The position numbers and the translations under genes are program-made. This document shows, piece after piece, positions 35,291 to 37,658 of a DNA stretch of 37,658 nucleotides; positions within the stretch are counted from its first letter, which is position 1, and every line of letters begins with the position of its first letter. The DNA is from Parcubacteria group bacterium GW2011_GWA1_56_13 (lineage in GTDB: Bacteria > Patescibacteriota > Minisyncoccia > Phycocordibacterales > Phycocordibacteraceae): positions 69,747-107,404 of the forward strand of contig LCRY01000002.1 in assembly GCA_001004905.1 (NCBI GenBank). Reading direction: 5' to 3'. The notes under the pieces were generated by a model. It ran no database searches, was not told where the DNA came from, and worked only from the letters and a program-made list of their open reading frames with translations.

Positions 35291-36607
35291 ATGTTCTTTC
35301 GATCCATAACCAGCCGCTTGCGCGGCCATCAATGGGAGAATGCGATGAACGCGACGAGAAGTTGGTGGCATAGAGGGTGGTATCACGAACACAAGGCGAG
35401 AGTGTTTCTTGCCTTTTTGCTGGTGGTAGCCATTCTGCTTACCGTGTGGTCTCGCTGGGACTGGATTTCCGCAAAGCTGGCATCGGCCCCACCGACACCC
35501 GAACAGTTAGGGGAATTGCAGAAGCTCGGCAAGGGATTACAACAGTCGGCGATAAACGGGCCGGTAAATGCTCCGAACGGAGCGACACCCGCAGATTCTC
35601 CGGTGAAAGCTATCGCGCCGAAAAAATCAAAGTCGCGCAGCAAAGGCGACGATAAGAGTAAAACCGTGCCGGCAACAGCAGTCGCGGTCAGCTCGACCTC
35701 CGGCGGAGCGACGTGGCGGCACTTTGGTGCCGACAAGGCGTATACGAGCCGCGCAGCGGCGATCGCCGATGCGCCCCGCGTTCTTCGCCAGGCGGGGTAT
35801 CCGGAACCGGTCGTGTCGCTTCTAACCGAGGCGATGCAGAAACCGGGGACGGCGACCCACGTGACGAACGGCATGAAGCTCGACTTCATGCGTTCCGGGA
35901 AGTCCGCCTTGTGGCGGAATGTAGCGGTGCAGTTCGAAAAGCCGCCGATGAAAGAAAGCATGGAGTACGCGGCTCCGTCCGAGGAATGGACCGTCGAATT
36001 TGACGGAACAACGTGGACGGTCGGCATACCGAAGGTGTGTCAAAACATCTACGGGAAGAAGGCATTGTCCCGCATCGTATCCGCGCCCGCAGCTGCGCCC
36101 AAGCCCTACGTAACGAGTGAGTGTCCGCAGGGGTGGACGTACAGAACGCTCATCTACAGCTTGTCATCCCCTAAGATGACGGACACTCTTCGTGCGGCGG
36201 TGAAAGCGCAGATCGATGCGGCAAAAAAACGCATCACCGACGGCTCGTCCCTAAATCTGTATCTGACGGATGCGCTATCGCGGACGCTCGGTACTCGATT
36301 GTGGGACGAGATGAGAACCGACACGGCCAAGATTGATGGCGATATCGTCCTGAGCTATCTGAACGAGGACTTTGCGTCGGGGAAATTGCAGCCCCAACCG
36401 CTCGGTGTCATCCACCTGAAGAACGGTAAAGGCATCTTCCGGTTCGCCGAAGATCCGCGGTCGCACTCCGGAATCGATACGGTCTGGCCGGACGAAGTCT
36501 TGTCACCATTGCCTTCAGGAGTCGGGAATGACGTCAGGCCGCGCATCAGGTTCCACAAAAGCGAGATCCTGACATGCAAGTTCTTCTCGGTCGGCATCGC
36601 CCCGTAG
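35291..36607 (+). CDS. Membrane-anchored hypothetical protein, 438 aa
   Basis: SD-like AGGGAG before the ATG, TM VFLAFLLVVAILLTVW; no recognised domain. Confidence 0.75.
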   Translation: MFFRSITSRLRGHQWENAMNATRSWWHRGWYHEHKARVFLAFLLVVAILLTVWSRWDWISAKLASAPPTPEQLGELQKLGKGLQQSAINGPVNAPNGATPADSPVKAIAPKKSKSRSKGDDKSKTVPATAVAVSSTSGGATWRHFGADKAYTSRAAAIADAPRVLRQAGYPEPVVSLLTEAMQKPGTATHVTNGMKLDFMRSGKSALWRNVAVQFEKPPMKESMEYAAPSEEWTVEFDGTTWTVGIPKVCQNIYGKKALSRIVSAPAAAPKPYVTSECPQGWTYRTLIYSLSSPKMTDTLRAAVKAQIDAAKKRITDGSSLNLYLTDALSRTLGTRLWDEMRTDTAKIDGDIVLSYLNEDFASGKLQPQPLGVIHLKNGKGIFRFAEDPRSHSGIDTVWPDEVLSPLPSGVGNDVRPRIRFHKSEILTCKFFSVGIAP

Positions 36608-36622
36608 GGCGGCTGGTTCGGA

Positions 36623-36660
36623 CCGTTGGAACGTACATGTACGTTCCAACGGCTCCCTTT
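36623..36660 (+). terminator. Perfect 30-bp palindrome, possible intrinsic terminator
   Basis: CCGTTGGAACGTACA|TGTACGTTCCAACGG, 15 nt after the stop codon, followed by CTCCCTTTT. Confidence 0.5.
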
Positions 36661-36701
36661 TCCGGAACATCTCCTCGGAGGTGCCCCGGAAATAGGAGCA
36701 T

Positions 36702-37658
36702 ATGCGCATACCCATACGACACTCTATCGCTCTCACACTGATTTTTATGATTTTCGCGCTTTCGCGCGGCTTTACCTTGTCCGAGATACACCAACTGCCT
36801 TTGTTCACCCCTTTGCACGCCCGCGCCGACGGCGAATTTTTTAGCGGCGATTTCGGTGGCGACATCGGCGCGGCCGTCGGCGGCGACGCCGGTGCTTTTG
36901 CGGGCGATATAGGGACCGCCGTCGGCGGCGATGCGAGCGGTTTTGTAGGCGATATTGGAACTGCTGTCGGCGGTGATGCTTTTACGGACATAGGAACTGC
37001 CGTCGGCGGCGATGCGTTTACGGTTGGTGATATCGGAACTGCCGTCGGCGGCGATGCGTTTACGGACATAGGAACAGCCGTCGGTGGCGATGCCAGTACG
37101 CCTCCGGTTACTACGGACACCGGAGCGAGCATCCCGCCTCCCATTGAAACGATCGTAGTCATACCGCCGCCCGCGCCCGTCTGCACGCTTTCCGCATCCC
37201 CGACCTCCGTTGTAGGCGGTTCTGCTTCAACACTTTCGTGGACGACGGCAAACGCCGCGGATTTCAGTATTGATAACGGCGTCGGCTCCGTTACACCCGT
37301 CGAATCCGGCTCGACATCGGTCGCTCCGGCGGTGACCACGACGTACACCGGTACGGCGACCGGCCCCGGCGGTTCGGTGCAATGCGCTGCAAGTGTAACG
37401 GTTACGGTCACGCCCCCGCCTTCGCCCGTGCTCGCTTGTACGCTTGCCGCCGACCCTACTTCGGTTACGTCCGGCTCTTCTTCCACCCTCACTTGGACGA
37501 CCGAGAATGCGACGGCCTTTAGTATTGATAACGGCATTGGCTCCGTCACCCCCGTGTCTGGTGGCTCGGTTACTACGCCCGCAGTAAGTGCCAATACGAC
37601 ATTCACTGGCAGCGCGACCGATGCTGTCGGGGGTACGATAACGTGTGCGGCGACCGTA
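36702..37658 (+). CDS. Secreted surface protein (3'-partial): DIGTAVGGDA tandem repeats, then Cys-bounded PKD/Ig-like repeats
   Basis: AGGAG SD, ATG 36702, open to the window end (absent from the ORF track because it has no stop). Hydrophobic leader, 6 Asp/Gly repeats, two CTL.A.PTSV..G..STL.WTT.NA..FSIDNG.GSVTPV domains. Confidence 0.85.
   Translation, partial: MRIPIRHSIALTLIFMIFALSRGFTLSEIHQLPLFTPLHARADGEFFSGDFGGDIGAAVGGDAGAFAGDIGTAVGGDASGFVGDIGTAVGGDAFTDIGTAVGGDAFTVGDIGTAVGGDAFTDIGTAVGGDASTPPVTTDTGASIPPPIETIVVIPPPAPVCTLSASPTSVVGGSASTLSWTTANAADFSIDNGVGSVTPVESGSTSVAPAVTTTYTGTATGPGGSVQCAASVTVTVTPPPSPVLACTLAADPTSVTSGSSSTLTWTTENATAFSIDNGIGSVTPVSGGSVTTPAVSANTTFTGSATDAVGGTITCAATV

Overview
Chromosomal segment of a small-genome bacterium. 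Gene content and protein forms point to Patescibacteria/CPR, probably Parcubacteria (inference: split transketolase, shortened PheS, PheT, EF-Ts and ObgE, class I aldolase, sortase). The backbone is housekeeping: obgE (partial), gatB, gap-rpiB-rpe-tktN-tktC, a PfkB kinase, fba, rplY, a lytic transglycosylase, rpmE, prfA, rpsB, tsf, tRNA-Thr(TGT), a GT2, pheS, pheT, gyrB, a sortase and surface proteins. The unusual parts are: (1) a ~9.2 kb gene (3851-13013, one frameshift) encoding HTH + TM + ~23 variable modules joined by a nucleotide-conserved ~30-bp repeat + S74 chaperone + Ig domain; (2) next to it, a RAYT/Y1 HUH transposase with four copies of one palindrome, two flanking it and two translated inside it; (3) a family of ~100-nt fold-back elements whose arms show compensatory changes (19125-19335, 24101-24233); (4) duplicated or replaced 5' ends of gatB and prfA, each separated from the gene by a hairpin and forming a uORF; (5) four small deletion-type frameshifts that may be assembly errors. 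All calls come from reading motifs by eye; no database search was run.
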